Of a DNA stretch of 64,000 nucleotides, positions 63,227 to 64,000 are shown one piece after another. Source of the DNA: Arsenophonus sp. (GTDB lineage: Bacteria; Pseudomonadota; Gammaproteobacteria; Enterobacterales; Enterobacteriaceae); contig CM125795.1 in assembly GCA_052171275.1 (NCBI GenBank), forward strand, positions 651,557 through 715,556, read 5' to 3'. The translations under genes were made by a program, and so were the position numbers. The first letter of the stretch is position 1. Every line of letters begins with the position of its first letter. The notes under the pieces were generated by a model. It did no database searches, was not told the DNA's origin, and saw nothing but the letters and a program-made list of their open reading frames with translations.

Positions 63227-64000
63227 TAACGGTTAAATTTAGAATAAAAATTATATTAATAATTACATATAAATAATTTTTGATATATTATAATAAAATA
63301 AATAATAATATATCTATAGTAATAATTTATTTATTAATGGATATAGCAATAATGTTAAAATAGATATTTTTATAAATTAAAATTTAAAATATTAAGTGCT
63401 ATCTAAAAGATCAATTCATTAAAAAAGACTTTTCTATTTTAAATAAAAAAGTTTTAATAAATAATATATCTTAAGATATACTATATTAATAAATAAATTT
63501 AAAATTTAAATAGGAGAATAATTTAGAATTATCTTAAAAATAAGATGTTTATCTAAAAATAATAGATTAAATTCTAAAAATTATTTTTTTCAAAAATTTA
63601 ATATAGAATAAATAAGTTTAAATAACAGTTAAATATTATAATTTTATAAAAATATTTAATATATTCATATTAATTTATAGTAAATGAATAGTAATTATTT
63701 ATTTTATAAAAAATAAATAATTAAAATTTTAATTATTATATAAATTATTAATTTAATAATTTATAACTAAAAGGTTTTTTTGAATTATTTATATTTATAA
63801 CTTATTTATATAAATATAAAATTAATTGTTCATTTATAATAAAACTAATTTATTTTAATATTAATCATTAATAATAAATTAAATAATAAAGATAGATATC
63901 ATAATAAAAATATTAATTATAAATTCAGATTTTTACTTATTTTAAACTAGCATTGATAATGTTTTAAAACATTTTGAACATTAGTTTCAATTATACTATA

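Larger units (their letters stand above)
59740..64000. other. A/T-saturated non-coding tract running to the right edge
   Basis: There is no ORF of 60 aa or more in 4.3 kb and nothing recognisable. Confidence 0.6.

Noticed and set aside
1-64000. Systematic promoter (-10/-35) calls, tRNA/rRNA/sRNA genes, CRISPR arrays, prophage or IS elements, and toxin-antitoxin or defence systems.
   Set aside because: TATAAT-like and TTGACA-like words occur everywhere in ~90% A/T DNA, so promoter calls would be noise. I found no G/C-rich island with tRNA-like T-arm words (GGTTCGAAT or similar) and no regularly spaced repeats. No ORF has transposase, integrase, phage or defence motifs. Absence is by eye only, so Infernal, tRNAscan-SE and ISfinder searches should confirm it.
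5083-64000. The many short A/T-only palindromes and hairpins with arms of about 15 bp or less, e.g. at 7969-7994, 8307-8326, 10641-10660, 29236-29263, 35450-35474, 44441-44461, 52931-52951, 53722-53739 and 63958-63973.
   Set aside because: With a two-letter-like alphabet, dozens of arms of 12 bp or more at short spacing are expected by chance in ~45 kb by my rough estimate. Only arms of about 17 bp or more, or those with several G/C pairs, were treated as meaningful.

Overview
This window is extremely A+T-rich and gene-poor, with E. coli-like gene order. It is best explained as part of an Enterobacterales-derived insect endosymbiont chromosome in mid genome erosion. The taxon is inference: the architecture resembles descriptions of Serratia symbiotica from Cinara cedri, but I cannot verify that here.

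Twenty intact or nearly intact genes cover about 20.1 kb (about 31% of the window, summed from my coordinates):
- lolD (partial) and lolC
- a 5'-truncated mfd
- lpoB and hinT
- holB-tmk-mltG
- acpP-fabG-fabD-fabH
- rpmF (under 60 aa, absent from the ORF track)
- rluC and rne
- sbcB (one frameshift in a T10 run)
- a plaP-like permease
- nfo, rplY and ptrB

Residue-level fossils of the mfd N-terminus, pabC, fabF, plsX and (weakly) yceD sit at their ancestral positions and roughly ancestral lengths, about 4.7 kb in total. The remaining ~39 kb (about 61%) is anonymous, almost pure A/T DNA in tracts of 2-9 kb. It contains no ORF of 60 aa or more, and I could recognise no RNA gene, CRISPR array or mobile element.

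I cannot support any multi-gene accessory system such as a defence island, prophage, toxin-antitoxin pair or secretion system. Four things deserve a second look:
1. A natural Mfd that has lost its UvrA-recruiting module but keeps an 819-codon RNAP-binding/translocase ORF.
2. sbcB (ExoI) interrupted only at a slippery T10 tract.
3. A population of long, perfect inverted repeats, up to 43-bp arms. At least one lies inside a recognisable gene fossil, so it arose de novo.
4. Pseudogene decay that preserves length, which runs against the usual bacterial deletion bias.
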